Shown here: positions 35,847 to 47,306 of the stretch, one piece after another
How positions within the stretch are numbered: the first letter of the stretch is position 1
Layout of the letters: each line of letters starts with the position of its first letter
Assembly (NCBI GenBank): GCA_016712475.1
Contig: JADJRA010000001.1
Span: 1,797,414 to 1,861,413, forward strand
Length of the DNA stretch: 64,000 nt
Source: Deltaproteobacteria bacterium
GTDB lineage: Bacteria > Myxococcota_A > Polyangia > Nannocystales > Nannocystaceae
Direction of reading: 5' to 3'
Made by a program: the position numbers and the translations under genes
The notes under the pieces: generated by a model
Told to the model about the DNA's origin: nothing
The model's input: the letters and a program-made list of their open reading frames with translations, nothing else
Databases searched by the model: none

Positions 35847-38800
35847 GATGGCGACCTGCGCGAAGTGTGGTTTCGTGATGGACGCGCGGCGGCCGACGCC
35901 GCCCAGCTGTTCGCGCTGCGGTTCGCCGATGGCTGCGGCTGCGGGCAGCTCCGGTCCACCCTCGGTCGGCCTCGAGGATCTCGATGGCGTCGGCGCGCCG
36001 CCGGCGTTCGGCGGAGAGGGCCACATCGGCACCACCTCGGGCTCGACGCTGTTCGGACTGATCCCCGACGACGCCCTCGACGCCCCGGTCACGCGGCCGC
36101 ACGGCGCGAGCTTCGACGACACCTTCGGTGAGCTCGACCTGCCGATGCCCGGCGACGATCTCGAGCTCGATCTGCTGTCGGGGACACCGGTCGGCCCGAC
36201 GCCGCAATCGTCGCGTGTGACCCCGGCCGTGGCGACCCCCGCAGCTCGCTCCGCACCGGCACCGATGCCGCCGCCGCGCAGCGGTCCATCGCGGGACACC
36301 ATCGACGCACCGGCGCCGCGCATGTCGAGCGCGGCCCCGCCACCGGCACCGGCACGCAGGCCCGCCGCTGCACCGGCCTCGCCACCGGCCTCGCCACCGC
36401 CCTCGCCACCGGCCTCGCCACCGCCCTCGCCACCGGCCGCTGCGCGACGCCCGGACGTGCCCACGCCGTTCGACCTGCCGGCACCGGTCGATCGCGCCGC
36501 CACGCCTGCCTTTCGTCCGCCGTCGGATCTGCCCGCGCCGGTGGAGCGCGGCACGTCGAGCACCTTCAAGGTGCCCTCGGTGGATCTGCCGGCGCCGTCG
36601 CGTCCGGTGCCCACGGCGTTCCGCGCCCCAGAGCCTCCGCCGTTTCGTGGGCCACCGAGCCCACCCGGCGGCACGCGACCGTCGGACGGGGCGCCCCGCT
36701 TCGGCACCGACAACAACATGATCTCGATCGCCGAGCTCGACTTTCCATCGAGCAGCGACGCCGATCTACCCGCACCCGCGGGCGTCACCGATCTGCCACG
36801 CCCCGCGGGCCTCATCGATCTGCCCAAGCCCAGCGAGGCCAACCTGCCGCAATCCGCCGAGGGTGGGCTGCTGCGGCCGGCCGAGGGCGGAATGCTCACC
36901 TCGGCCGAGGGCGGCCTGCTCACGCCGGCCGCGCTCGACGTCGAGCCCGCACACATCCTGCCGACCGCGGCCGAGCAAGCGCTCGTGCCCGCGGGCGAGC
37001 TCCCGGCACCGAAGCAGGGTGGCAGTGCCGCGGCGAGGGCCGCCGGCGCGAAGGCAGCCGCCGACGTGGCCGCGGTGGGTGTCGATCCCATGGGTGCCCG
37101 CCGCTCGCCGGCACCGCGTGCCGTGAGGGGCGAAGGTGGTCGACGTCCGTTGATCCTCGCCGCGGTCGGCGTCGGTCTCATCGGCCTGCTCGCCGGCGGC
37201 GCGTGGGCGGCCGGCGTGTTCGACCCGCCGAGCGACGAGGTGCCGGTGACGCGCGGCGGTGCCGGCTCCAAGCCCAAGCCCAAGCCCAATGCGCCGGTGG
37301 CCCCGGCCGGCAAGGCGGTCGAGCGCGCACCCGAGGTGTTGGGACAGCTCGCCCTCGACACGCCCGCCGGCTACGCCGCGGCGATCGATGCCGCGGCCGC
37401 CACCGGTGATCCGGTCGGTCAGGCCGAGGCGGCGCTGTTGCTGCACCTGCGCTTCGGCCCCGATCCGCTGCGCAGCGGCCAGGCCGCCGGTTGGCTCGAA
37501 CCCTACGCAAAGCAGGGCGAGCCCTTCGTGCAACGCGTGCTCGGGCTCGCCGCGCTCGCGGCCGGCGCGTTGCCGCAGGCCGAGTCCGCCTGTGCCGACG
37601 ACGGCCCACGCACGCGCGTGTGTCGAGCGATGATCCGCATCGCACAGCGTCGCTTCACCGACGCGGTCACCGAGGCGGACGCCGTGCTCGCGACCACGCC
37701 CTCCGAGGTGATCGCGACCGTGCTGCGTCACGAGGCCCAGGCCGCGATCGATGCCAGCGCGGAGCTGCCGAAGATCGAAGCGTCGCTCGCGAAGCTCCCG
37801 CACCACCCCGACCTGCTCGTGGTCGGCATCCATGCGGCGGTCGACGCTGGTGCGCTGCGAAAGGCCCACGCGTGGCTCGCCGAGCTCGGCCCCGCCGATC
37901 CGAGCAGCAAGTCGGCCAGCGCGCTGCGGCTGCGACTGCGCGCCGAGCTGGCGCAGGCCGCCGGCGCCACCGCCCAGGCGGCACGACTGTACGAAGAGGT
38001 CGCGGGCCTCGTGCCCGACGACACCGCGTCCTCCATCGCGCGGGTGCGATCGCTGATCGCAGCCAACCGCGTGCTCGAGGCCGAGACCGCGCTGCGGCCA
38101 TTGCTGCAGTCGCGCCCCGACGACGCCGCGGTCGCGATCTTGGCGGCGACGGCGAAGCTCGAGGCCGGCAAGGGCGACGACGCGCTCGCGGCGGTACAGG
38201 CGATCGAAGCCAAGTGGCCGGGCCGTGGCGACACCGCGCTCGTGCTCGGCCAGGTGCAGGCCATGCGCCTGCAGAGCGAGGCCGCACAGACCTCGTTCGC
38301 CTCGGCGCTGCAGCGCGACCCCACGCTCGTGCAGGCGTCGATCGAAGAGGCGCGCCTGCTGGCGACACTCGATCGACTCGGCGACGGCATCGCCAAGCTG
38401 GACACCGCCCGCAAGCACGCCAGCGACCGTGGCGATCCGGCCGCGGTCGCGCAGGTGCTACGGGCCAAAGCCGCCCTGCTCGACAAGGGTGGCCAGCAGA
38501 CCGCCGCGCTGGCGGCCTACGATCAAGCCCTCGAGGCACGACCGAACGACAACGCCGCCCAGCTGGCGCGTGGGCTGCTGCGCCTGCAGCTCGGGCAGCA
38601 CGACGCCGGCCGCAGCGATCTGCTCGCGGTCTACGAGCGCACCGGCAGCTTCGTCGGGCTCACGGCACCGCTCGGCCGCATCTTCGTCCGCGAGGGCACC
38701 TACGACCAGCTCGAGGCGCTGGTCGGTGACAGCCTCGACGATCCCGACGCACCGACCGAGATGCTCATCGTCGGCGCGCGACTGCGCCTGTCGCAGGGCA

Positions 38801-39525
38801 AGACCGACGACGCCAAGGCGTTGCTGCAGCGCGTGCTGGCGGTCTCGCCCAACGACTGGGAGACCCACCTGCTGATGGCGCAGGCGCTGCTCGACGCGCA
38901 GGAGAAGGAGGAAGCGCTGGCCGAGATCGACCGCTCGATGCCCGCGACCCCGAGCGCCGAGCGACACCTGCTCCGCGGCAAGATCCTCGAGCATCTCGGA
39001 CGCTACCCCGAGGCGCGGCCCGACTACCTCAAGGCGCTGCAGATCGATCCCGATCTCGACGAGGCGCGGTTCCTGTACGGACGGCAGCTCTCGCGCGCCG
39101 GTGAATCGCGGGCCGCCGTCGAAGAGCTCGGCACCGTCACCTCGCACACCGATCGCTTCCCGGCCGCGTACGTCGATCTCGGACGGTCGTGGCGCGAGCT
39201 CGGCGAGGGTGGCAAGGCGATCGCCGCACTCGATCGCGCACTCGAGCTCGACGCCACGCTCTACGAGGCCTACTACCTCCGGGGTCGCGCATACTTCGAT
39301 TCGAACGAGATCGCCAAGGCGGCGACCTCGTTCGAGTCGGCGTGCGCGGAGGCGGCGTCGCACGAGTATTGGTACCCCGAGGCGCTGGTATTCCTCGGCC
39401 GCGCACAGGCTCGCAGCGGCAAGACCAAGGCTGCGCGCGAGGCCTTCGAGAAGTTCCTCGCGGTCGCGCCCGCCAACCATGCCAGCCGTGCCGAGGCCGA
39501 GCGTCAGCTCGCCGACCTCCGATAG
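35847..39525 (+). CDS. large zinc-ribbon / disordered Pro-rich / TM / TPR-repeat protein
   Basis: N-terminal MATCAKCGFVMDARRPTPPSCSRCGSPM (CxxC...CxxC). Then ~450 aa Pro/Ala-rich low-complexity region including (ASPP)n encoded by a 12-bp tandem repeat at ~36340-36440. Then a TM helix (PLILAAVGVGLIGLLAGGAWAAGV) and ~750 aa of TPR-like repeats. Coordinates are ±1 nt. Confidence 0.55.
36340..36440 (+). repeat. 12-bp coding tandem repeat (gcctcgccaccg)x~5 encoding (ASPP)n
   Basis: Direct inspection of the sequence. Lies within the disordered region of the 35847..39525 protein. Confidence 0.7.
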
Positions 39526-39555
39526 CGCCCTCGACATGGCGACACCGACGGCTCG

Positions 39556-40275
39556 CTACGCGAGCTGCACGTCGGTGTCGTACTCGCGCGTCACTTCCTT
39601 GCGCTCCGGATCGACCATGAACACCCGCGCCTTGCCGGTGTGTCCGTCGAACTCCGTGAGCAGCCAGATCTCGACGGCCCAGTTCTCGGTGTTCGCCAGG
39701 CACGGCGGCGCCCAGCCGATCACCACCGCCCCACCGAGTCCGTCGGTGCGGCGCGAGGCCGCCGCCTTCTGGTAGTTGGGACTGCGCGTGACGGTCTTGA
39801 TGGCCTGGTCCGCGATCGTGCCGCCGACCTGCTTGCGCCAGTGGCTGAGGAACCGGAAGTCCTCGATCTTCGAGGTGCCGGCCCGCAGCACCGCGACGTA
39901 GGACTCGCTGGCGTCGATCTCCCCGTAGTCGGGCAGATCGAACTCGGGATAGAGATTGGTCTCGCCGATCTCGTCGTCGCGATCCTCGACGACCGCCTCG
40001 ACGCGCTCGCGGTCGCGCTCGTCGTACGAGGCGAGCACGCGCAGCAGATAGAACTGCGACGGTAGCTGGTGATCCCAGTCGAGGATCGCCCGCACCGAGG
40101 CGAAGGTCTTGCCGCCGAACGCCGACAGCTGGGGCAGCGCACCCGCCAGCTCCTGCAACATGGTCGGGTCGGGCGCGTGGCCCTGATCGATCACCCGCGG
40201 ATGCAGCTTCAGCTGCTCGAGGATCGCGCGCCGCACGAGCTCGATGTCACGTTGCCGCTCGGCGCCTGTGCTCAC
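39556..40275 (-). CDS. hypothetical protein
   Basis: A 239-aa ORF with no recognisable motif. Its stop overlaps the start of hisG (ATGA arrangement at 40272-40275), so it is probably co-transcribed with murA-hisG. Confidence 0.4.
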   Translation of the reverse strand: MSTGAERQRDIELVRRAILEQLKLHPRVIDQGHAPDPTMLQELAGALPQLSAFGGKTFASVRAILDWDHQLPSQFYLLRVLASYDERDRERVEAVVEDRDDEIGETNLYPEFDLPDYGEIDASESYVAVLRAGTSKIEDFRFLSHWRKQVGGTIADQAIKTVTRSPNYQKAAASRRTDGLGGAVVIGWAPPCLANTENWAVEIWLLTEFDGHTGKARVFMVDPERKEVTREYDTDVQLA

Positions 40276-40922
40276 GCGACCTCCTGTCGTGCCGTCGCGG
40301 CCGCACGGATCGCCGCCACCGCAGCCGCGATGACCGTGGGCCGCAGCTTCGACGCCGCGGGGTGCACCACGAGGCGGCCCGTCACGTCCACGATGGTCTC
40401 GACCTCACGCAGCCCATTCTGCCGCAGGGTCTCGCCGCTCTCCACCAGATCGACGATCTGATCGGCGAGTTCGGTCACCGCGGCGAGCTCGACCGAGCCG
40501 GACAGCTCGATGACCTCGGGGTCGATGCCGCGCCCCGCGTAGTGCCTGCGCGCGACCTGGGGATACTTGGTGGCCACCCGCACGCTCGTGCCGCGCCGCA
40601 GCGTCGCCGGCCGCGCGGTCGGCTCGGCAACCACCAACCGGCAGCGACCGATGCCCAGATCGACTGGCTCGTAGAGGTCCCGCCCCTGCTCGAGCAGGGT
40701 GTCGAGGCCCGCGATGCCCAGCTCGGCCACGCCGTACTCGACGTAGGTCGGCACGTCGATCGGCTTGACGAGCAACACCCGGTGCCCGCCCGGCAGATCG
40801 ATGCTGAGCCGGCGGTCGTCGGCCGCGAGCGCGCGCGTATCGAAGCCGGCCGCCGCCAGGATCGAGGCCGCGCCGCGGAGAATTCGCCCCTTGGGCAGCG
40901 CGAACGTCAGACCGTCGACCAC
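40272..40922 (-). CDS. hisG: ATP phosphoribosyltransferase (short form)
   Basis: MVDGLTFALPKGRILRGAASILAAAGFD...LLVKPIDVPTYVEYGVAELGIAGLDTLLE...RVATKYPQVARRHY is the HisG signature. ~216 aa is the short form. Confidence 0.8.
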   Translation of the reverse strand: MVDGLTFALPKGRILRGAASILAAAGFDTRALAADDRRLSIDLPGGHRVLLVKPIDVPTYVEYGVAELGIAGLDTLLEQGRDLYEPVDLGIGRCRLVVAEPTARPATLRRGTSVRVATKYPQVARRHYAGRGIDPEVIELSGSVELAAVTELADQIVDLVESGETLRQNGLREVETIVDVTGRLVVHPAASKLRPTVIAAAVAAIRAAATARQEVA

Positions 40923-41022
40923 GGAGGTCTTTGGAGACTACCACCGTTCGCCGGCCGCGGCGCTGGACGAGCGGGCCTCGCGGGGCCCGACCCCGACCCG
41001 ATCGCGGCCACGGCCAGCCCGT

Positions 41023-42288
41023 TCAGCCCTTGGCGCCGTGGAACCGGCGGATGTTGGCGCCCAGCCCACGCAGCCGCTTCTCGATCGCCTCGTAGCCGCG
41101 ATCGAGGTGGTAGACCCGGCGGATCTCGGTGGTGCCGTCGGCCACGAGCCCCGCGAGCACCAGCGACGCGGATGCGCGCAGGTCGGTCGCCATGACCTCG
41201 GCGCCGGTCAGCCGTGGACCGCCGCGCACGACCGCGCTGTGACCGTGCACGGTGACGTCGGCGCCCATGCGCGCGAGCTCGGGCACATGCATGAAGCGGT
41301 TCTCGAAGATCGTCTCGGTGATCAGGCTCTGCCCGGCCGCACAGGTCGCGAGCACCATCATCTGCGCCTGCATGTCGGTGGGGAAGCCCGGGTAAGGTCG
41401 CGTCGAGATGTCGACCGGCGACAGTCGCTCGGGCCCGATCACGCGCAGGCCGGCGTTCTCCACCCGGCACTCGACGCCGGCCTCCTCGAGCTTCGCGATC
41501 GTCGCGTGCATGTGATCGACCGGCGCATCGAGCAGCATCACGTCGCCGCGCGTGACGGCGGCCGCGACCGCGAACGTGCCGGCCTCGATGCGATCGGGCA
41601 CCACCGCGTGATCGAAACCGTCCAGCGCGTCGACGCCCTCGATCTCGATCGCAGTGCCGCCGGCGCCGCTGATGCGAGCACCCATCTTGACGAGCACCCG
41701 CGCCAGCTCCTCGACCTCGGGCTCGCGCGCGACATTCTCGAGCCGCGTGACACCCTTGGCCAACGTGGCCGCCATCATCACGTTCTGCGTGCCACCGACG
41801 GTCACGGTGTCGAACACGAAGTTCGCACCGCGCAGTCGCTTGGCCTTGAGTTCGACGTAGCCGTGCTTGATCGCGATCTTCGCCCCGAGCGCCTCGAGCC
41901 CCTTGAGGTGCTGGTCGATGGGCCGCGCACCGATCGCACAGCCACCCGGCAGCGACACCCGACAGAACCCGTGCCGCGCGAGCAACGGCCCCATCACGGT
42001 GACCGACGCGCGCATGGTCTTGACCATCTCGTACGGCGCCTCGCGCGGACCTTCGCCGACGCCGGCGGGGTCGATCTTCAGCGTTCGATCACCGGTCACC
42101 TCGCAGCCGAGGTGGCCGAGCAGCTCGGACATCGTCGCGATGTCGGACAGTCGCGGGAGATGCCGGATCGCACACTTGCGATCGGTCAGCAGCGCCGCGC
42201 ACTGGATGAGCAGAGCGGCATTCTTGGCGCCGTGGATCGTGACCTCGCCCTTGAGGCGCTGGCCACCGTGGATGACGATCTTGTCCAT
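41023..42288 (-). CDS. murA: UDP-N-acetylglucosamine 1-carboxyvinyltransferase
   Basis: [26 protein letters not shown]...[23 protein letters not shown]...[30 protein letters not shown]. Full-length 421 aa with canonical MurA motifs including the active-site Cys in the PGGCAIG loop. Confidence 0.85.
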   Translation of the reverse strand: MDKIVIHGGQRLKGEVTIHGAKNAALLIQCAALLTDRKCAIRHLPRLSDIATMSELLGHLGCEVTGDRTLKIDPAGVGEGPREAPYEMVKTMRASVTVMGPLLARHGFCRVSLPGGCAIGARPIDQHLKGLEALGAKIAIKHGYVELKAKRLRGANFVFDTVTVGGTQNVMMAATLAKGVTRLENVAREPEVEELARVLVKMGARISGAGGTAIEIEGVDALDGFDHAVVPDRIEAGTFAVAAAVTRGDVMLLDAPVDHMHATIAKLEEAGVECRVENAGLRVIGPERLSPVDISTRPYPGFPTDMQAQMMVLATCAAGQSLITETIFENRFMHVPELARMGADVTVHGHSAVVRGGPRLTGAEVMATDLRASASLVLAGLVADGTTEIRRVYHLDRGYEAIEKRLRGLGANIRRFHGAKG

Positions 42289-42319
42289 GCTGTTGGCTTC
42301 GGGGTCGCGTCGGTCGGGC

Positions 42320-43390
42320 TCACGGCGAGGGCAGACGCACGGTGCCGTCGTCGGGGTTCTCGCGGCGCGCGCGGGCATCGGCGCGGCGCAGGGTCTCGGC
42401 GTCGGCGAGCTGGGCGAGCGCGTCGTCGATCGCCGCGCGTGCGTCGGCATCGATGGCGACCCCGAGCTGCGGCAGCGCGCCGGCACAGGCGTCGAGCGCC
42501 TGCAGCTCCCACGTGCGCACCACCGGTGCGAAGCTTCGATCGGCGGTCGGCTGCGGGAAGCGATGGTTGACGCGCGTGCGTGACCACAGCGGGCGGCCGT
42601 GATCGAGCGAGACCAGCGTCATGCGATCGGTCTCGATGCCTTGGCCCTCGTGGCCGTCGTCCCAGTGGCTCTCGACCAGCGCCACGCGCTGCCCTGCGAT
42701 CTCGTAGACACCGGCCAGGCGCTCGCGCCACGGCATCGAGATGCACGCACGATGGTGATTGTCGGGCCCGCCGCCACCGGTCTGGGGATCGACGCACGGC
42801 GAGCGGTTGCACTTCCCTTCGACCCGCAGGCCGTTCCAGTGCTCGTCGACCGCAACGGTGCGCGCAGGCAACAGCGGCCAACCCAGCGCGAACGCGTCTT
42901 CCATCGGATCCCAGGTCCGCGGCATGCAGGCCGCCGTCGGGGCCGCCGGCCCGTAGAACGCCGCGCTCGCCGACGCATCGCGCACCTGGCCGCGCCGCTC
43001 GGCCCGAAGGCCGCGGTAGTACAGCTCGAGCGCGGCGGTCTCACCGGCCGGGATCGCGACTCCGTCGGCGACGTGATCGTCGTGATCGGCATCGCGACCG
43101 AGCGCGAGCCACGAGACCGAGTCCTGCTCGTGCATCTGCGCAGGCGTATAGGACGCGGACAGGCGCAGCACCTGCGGACAGTCGCGTGCCGGGGCCTGCC
43201 ACGCCAGGTTCGCGGCGGCGTCGGACACCGGCTCGACCTCGAGCCCCAACGGCGCCAACGCCTCGCGCAGCGCCGGCAACGCGTGATACGTCGAGCCCGG
43301 CGCCTCGGCGCACGCGGAGCTGACGAGGCACATCGTCACGAAGATCTGCAGCGACGCACGCACGGGCAGGCCGCAGGAGCATCGCCCCAT
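42320..43390 (-). CDS. hypothetical secreted lipoprotein
   Basis: N-terminus ...[18 protein letters not shown] is a lipobox. 356 aa with no recognised domain. Confidence 0.4.
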   Translation of the reverse strand: MGRCSCGLPVRASLQIFVTMCLVSSACAEAPGSTYHALPALREALAPLGLEVEPVSDAAANLAWQAPARDCPQVLRLSASYTPAQMHEQDSVSWLALGRDADHDDHVADGVAIPAGETAALELYYRGLRAERRGQVRDASASAAFYGPAAPTAACMPRTWDPMEDAFALGWPLLPARTVAVDEHWNGLRVEGKCNRSPCVDPQTGGGGPDNHHRACISMPWRERLAGVYEIAGQRVALVESHWDDGHEGQGIETDRMTLVSLDHGRPLWSRTRVNHRFPQPTADRSFAPVVRTWELQALDACAGALPQLGVAIDADARAAIDDALAQLADAETLRRADARARRENPDDGTVRLPSP

Positions 43391-43485
43391 CGCGCGCGCT
43401 TGGGCAAGTCCGCCACCACCCTCGCACCGTGGGGCCGCGTCGAAAACTTGCGCACTGCGTCGCAGTTGTGTCTTTGGCGTGGGTC

Positions 43486-44082
43486 ATGCTCCGCGCGATC
43501 ACCCACCGCGTCATCACTGCTCCCGCGCTCGCCGCCGTCTTCGCGAGCTCGCTGGTCGGCGGTCTCGTCGTCCCCACGCAAGCATCGGCGAGCAACAACA
43601 GCCTCACCACGCCGATCACCGGCGCCTCACTCGATGCGATGTGGCCCATCGCCGTCGAGGTCGAGATCGTGCGCGTCGACGGCGACGGCGAGACCGTGCC
43701 GCGCACGCGATCGCGGGCCGTGCTCAGGCGTCAGCGATCGATCGTGCCCGATGGACACGAGCTGCAGCTGCACAGCGCCGTGCGAACCGATCGCGGCCGT
43801 CGAGAGTTCGCACTGAGCGTCACCGCCCATCAGCACCCAGGTGATGCGGTCGAGCTCGAGTGGTCGCTGCAGGTGCGCGATGCCGAGTACCGCAAGCTCG
43901 ATGCGCCCTCATACTTGCTCCATCGTCTGCAGCTCTCCAACGTGCTGGAGCTGGCCGAGCCGACCCTGAAGATCGCGCGCGCGGACATCGTCTCGGTGCG
44001 ACGCGAAGGCCACACGCAGCGGCTCGAGATCGACGGAGAACTCCACGAAATCCGCATCTTTGCCCGCTCCATGCGCGGTTGA
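43486..44082 (+). CDS. hypothetical secreted protein
   Basis: MLRAITHRVITAPALAAVFASSLVGGLVVPTQASA is a signal peptide. ~198 aa. Immediately upstream of pal-like/ybgF on the same strand. Confidence 0.35.
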   Translation: MLRAITHRVITAPALAAVFASSLVGGLVVPTQASASNNSLTTPITGASLDAMWPIAVEVEIVRVDGDGETVPRTRSRAVLRRQRSIVPDGHELQLHSAVRTDRGRREFALSVTAHQHPGDAVELEWSLQVRDAEYRKLDAPSYLLHRLQLSNVLELAEPTLKIARADIVSVRREGHTQRLEIDGELHEIRIFARSMRG

Positions 44083-44203
44083 CACAGGCCACCGGCGTGC
44101 TATTGCTTGGCCCGCCGAAAGCCCCGCTGCGGTACCTTCGTTCGGGCTTCGCGGCAACCACCGACCCACCCGCCGCACCCTCTTCTGCGGGAGAACCGAA
44201 ACG

Positions 44204-45055
<852 letters not shown>

Positions 45056-45077
45056 TCTGCGAAGGGGAGTGTTGAAC

Positions 45078-45917
45078 GTGCGAATCCGTCTCGGTGCTCC
45101 ATTCGTTCTCGCGCTCGCGCTCCCCCTGCTGCCCACCGGCTGCCTCGCGCTCAAGGCCGATCAGGACGAGATCGCCCGCGAGGTGGCCAAGCTGCGCAAG
45201 GAGGTGGCGCAGAGCCAGGAGACCCTGCAGCGCGCGTCGTCGCTCTCCGACGAGCTCGAGAAGAAGCTCGCGCAGGTCGAAGAGGTGCTGCGCAGCAACC
45301 AGGCCGGCCTCGGTGCCCGCGTCGACGTGCTCGAGACCGACACCCAGGACCTCCGCGGTCGGGTCGAGAACGCCGAGAACGTCGCGAGCGCGGTGCAATC
45401 CGAGCTCAAGGAGGTCCGCTCGGATCTCGACGCGCGCCTCAAGCAGCTCGAAGAGAAGCTCAACGAGGCCACCAACATCCCCGAAGGCAAGTCGGAACTC
45501 TACGCCGAGGCCGATCGGCAGATGAAGGCGAAGAAGTACAAGAACGCCCGACGGCTGTGGCGCACCTACGAATCGCGCTACCCCGAGGACAGCAAGCTGG
45601 CCGAGGTCAAGTTCTTCATCGGGCTGACGTACTTCTCGGAGCGCGACTACAAGGCCGCGCTCGGCGAGTTCTACAACGTAATCCAGCAGTCGCCGGACTC
45701 CTCGGTCATCCCCGACGCGCTGTACTACTCGGGCCTCGCGTTCGCGAAGCTCGGTCAGTGCACCAACGCGATCGCGTACTTCGACGCACTGCGCCAGAAG
45801 AAGACCAAGGCCCCCGAGGACTACAAGAAGAAGGCCGGCGAGCAGATCGATCTGCTCAAGAAGGACACCGGCGAGATCTGTCTCGACAAGGACAAGGCGC
45901 CCGCGAAGCCCAGCTAG
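45078..45917 (+). CDS. ybgF: Tol-Pal system protein YbgF/CpoB (coiled-coil + TPR)
   Basis: A GAAGGGGAG RBS precedes a GTG/TTG start. Signal peptide and lipobox-like PLLPTGCLA. Long coiled coil (AREVAKLRKEVAQSQETLQRAS...). C-terminal TPR (AEVKFFIGLTYFSERDYKAALGEFYNVIQQSPDSSVIPDALYYSGLAFAKLGQ). Position directly after pal is classic. Confidence 0.65.
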   Translation: MRIRLGAPFVLALALPLLPTGCLALKADQDEIAREVAKLRKEVAQSQETLQRASSLSDELEKKLAQVEEVLRSNQAGLGARVDVLETDTQDLRGRVENAENVASAVQSELKEVRSDLDARLKQLEEKLNEATNIPEGKSELYAEADRQMKAKKYKNARRLWRTYESRYPEDSKLAEVKFFIGLTYFSERDYKAALGEFYNVIQQSPDSSVIPDALYYSGLAFAKLGQCTNAIAYFDALRQKKTKAPEDYKKKAGEQIDLLKKDTGEICLDKDKAPAKPS

Positions 45918-45962
45918 GCGCGGCGTCCGGCCCTCGCACGAAGGCCGGCGCCGCTGCAGCCG

Positions 45963-47129
45963 CTACAGCAGCTGCATGTACGCGATGATGTCCGCGCGCT
46001 CGTCCATCGACAGCGGCGGCAACCCGACGATCTGGAAGTAGTCGGAGTAGTGGGCCATCAGCTCGTCGAGGTCGGCGGCGGAGTTGTCGTGGAAGTACGG
46101 CGCGGTGTCCTTGGCGCCCCACACCGTGGGGATGCGGAAGAAGTTGGCCTCGGCCGGATCGCCCGTGACGAGCGCGCGACCCGGATCGGGCGAGTCGATC
46201 ACGGTGGTGGTGCCGTCGCCATTGTCGACCACGAAGCTCTGCACCGGGTTGCCGGCCTTGTTGAGCTCCGACACGAACGCGGTGAAGAACCGCGAGCCCG
46301 GGGGCAGCGGCGCGAGCAGGAACTACGAGGTCTGGTTCAGCATCGGGCCGGCGTGGCAGTGCCCGCAGACGCCGCCCGCGCTGGGCACGAACCACGCGCG
46401 CCCGCGGATCTGCGCCGGCGTGTTACCCGGCGGCAGCGTCGGCTCGGGGCCACCGTTGGCCCAGTGCTTGAGCTTGTTGTTCGAGAAGAACTTGTTGGTC
46501 TGCTGGAACTCCGCGATCGCGGTCAGCTCGGCGAAGGTCGGCTCGCGGCCAGGCTCGGCGTGGGCATGGATGGCGCCGTTGGCCTGGTCCTGCAGCGTGG
46601 TGAAGCGACCGTCGGCCATGAAGATGGTGTCGAGCGATGGCACGTTGTTGGTGGTGGGCACGCCGCGGGCAAAGGTCGCGTGGGTCGCCGATGGATCGGC
46701 GGCGAGCGACCAGTTCGCCGGCAGCGGGATGTCGATCAGCACCGTCGCGTCGGTGAGCAGGCGATCGTAGGACTCGCCCAGGCGATCGTCGCTGTCGAGC
46801 GCGCGAAACAGCGGCCCGTCGTCGTCGCACTCGAACGCGTCCTGCACCTGCTCGGGCGACAGCGCGCCGGTCGAGCTGGTGTGGCACGTGCGGCACGTGC
46901 GTCCGTTGCCATCGAAGGTCTCGTCTTCGAACAGCTTCTTGCCGTTGGGTTTCTTCGCGGCCTGTGGCGAGGTCGCGGCGGCGAGCCCGACGTCGGCCAC
47001 CGGCGGGTCGTCGGGCTCGACGAGCGAAGCGGTGGGCGTGGGCCCATCACCACCTTCGTCGCAGGCGACAGGCAGCAGCAACATGCAGGCGGCGAGGAGC
47101 GAGAGCGGAGCAGAGCGGTCGGCGTGCAT
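45963..47129 (-). pseudogene. di-heme cytochrome c peroxidase (CCP/MauG family) interrupted by an in-frame TAG
   Basis: Start MHADRSAPLSLLAACMLLLPVAC is a lipoprotein signal. First heme CRTCHT. Second heme CGHCHAGPMLNQTS, then TAG (plus-strand cta at 46323-46325). The same frame continues FLLAPLPPGSRFFTAFVSELNKAGNPVQSFVV... to a natural stop at 45963. Confidence 0.6.
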
Positions 47130-47306
47130 CGTCAGCCACGATGGACCTCGCCGTCGCGGGTGGTCAAGCGCGGCCCACGGACACGAACGCCGTGACACGG
47201 GCGTCGACGCGACGCGATGCGCGATCACGAACTCGCGCATGCGATGGCCACCGCCGTTCGGTGGTTTCAATCACACTTTGCGGCACCACGCTCGGTGATG
47301 GCCGGT

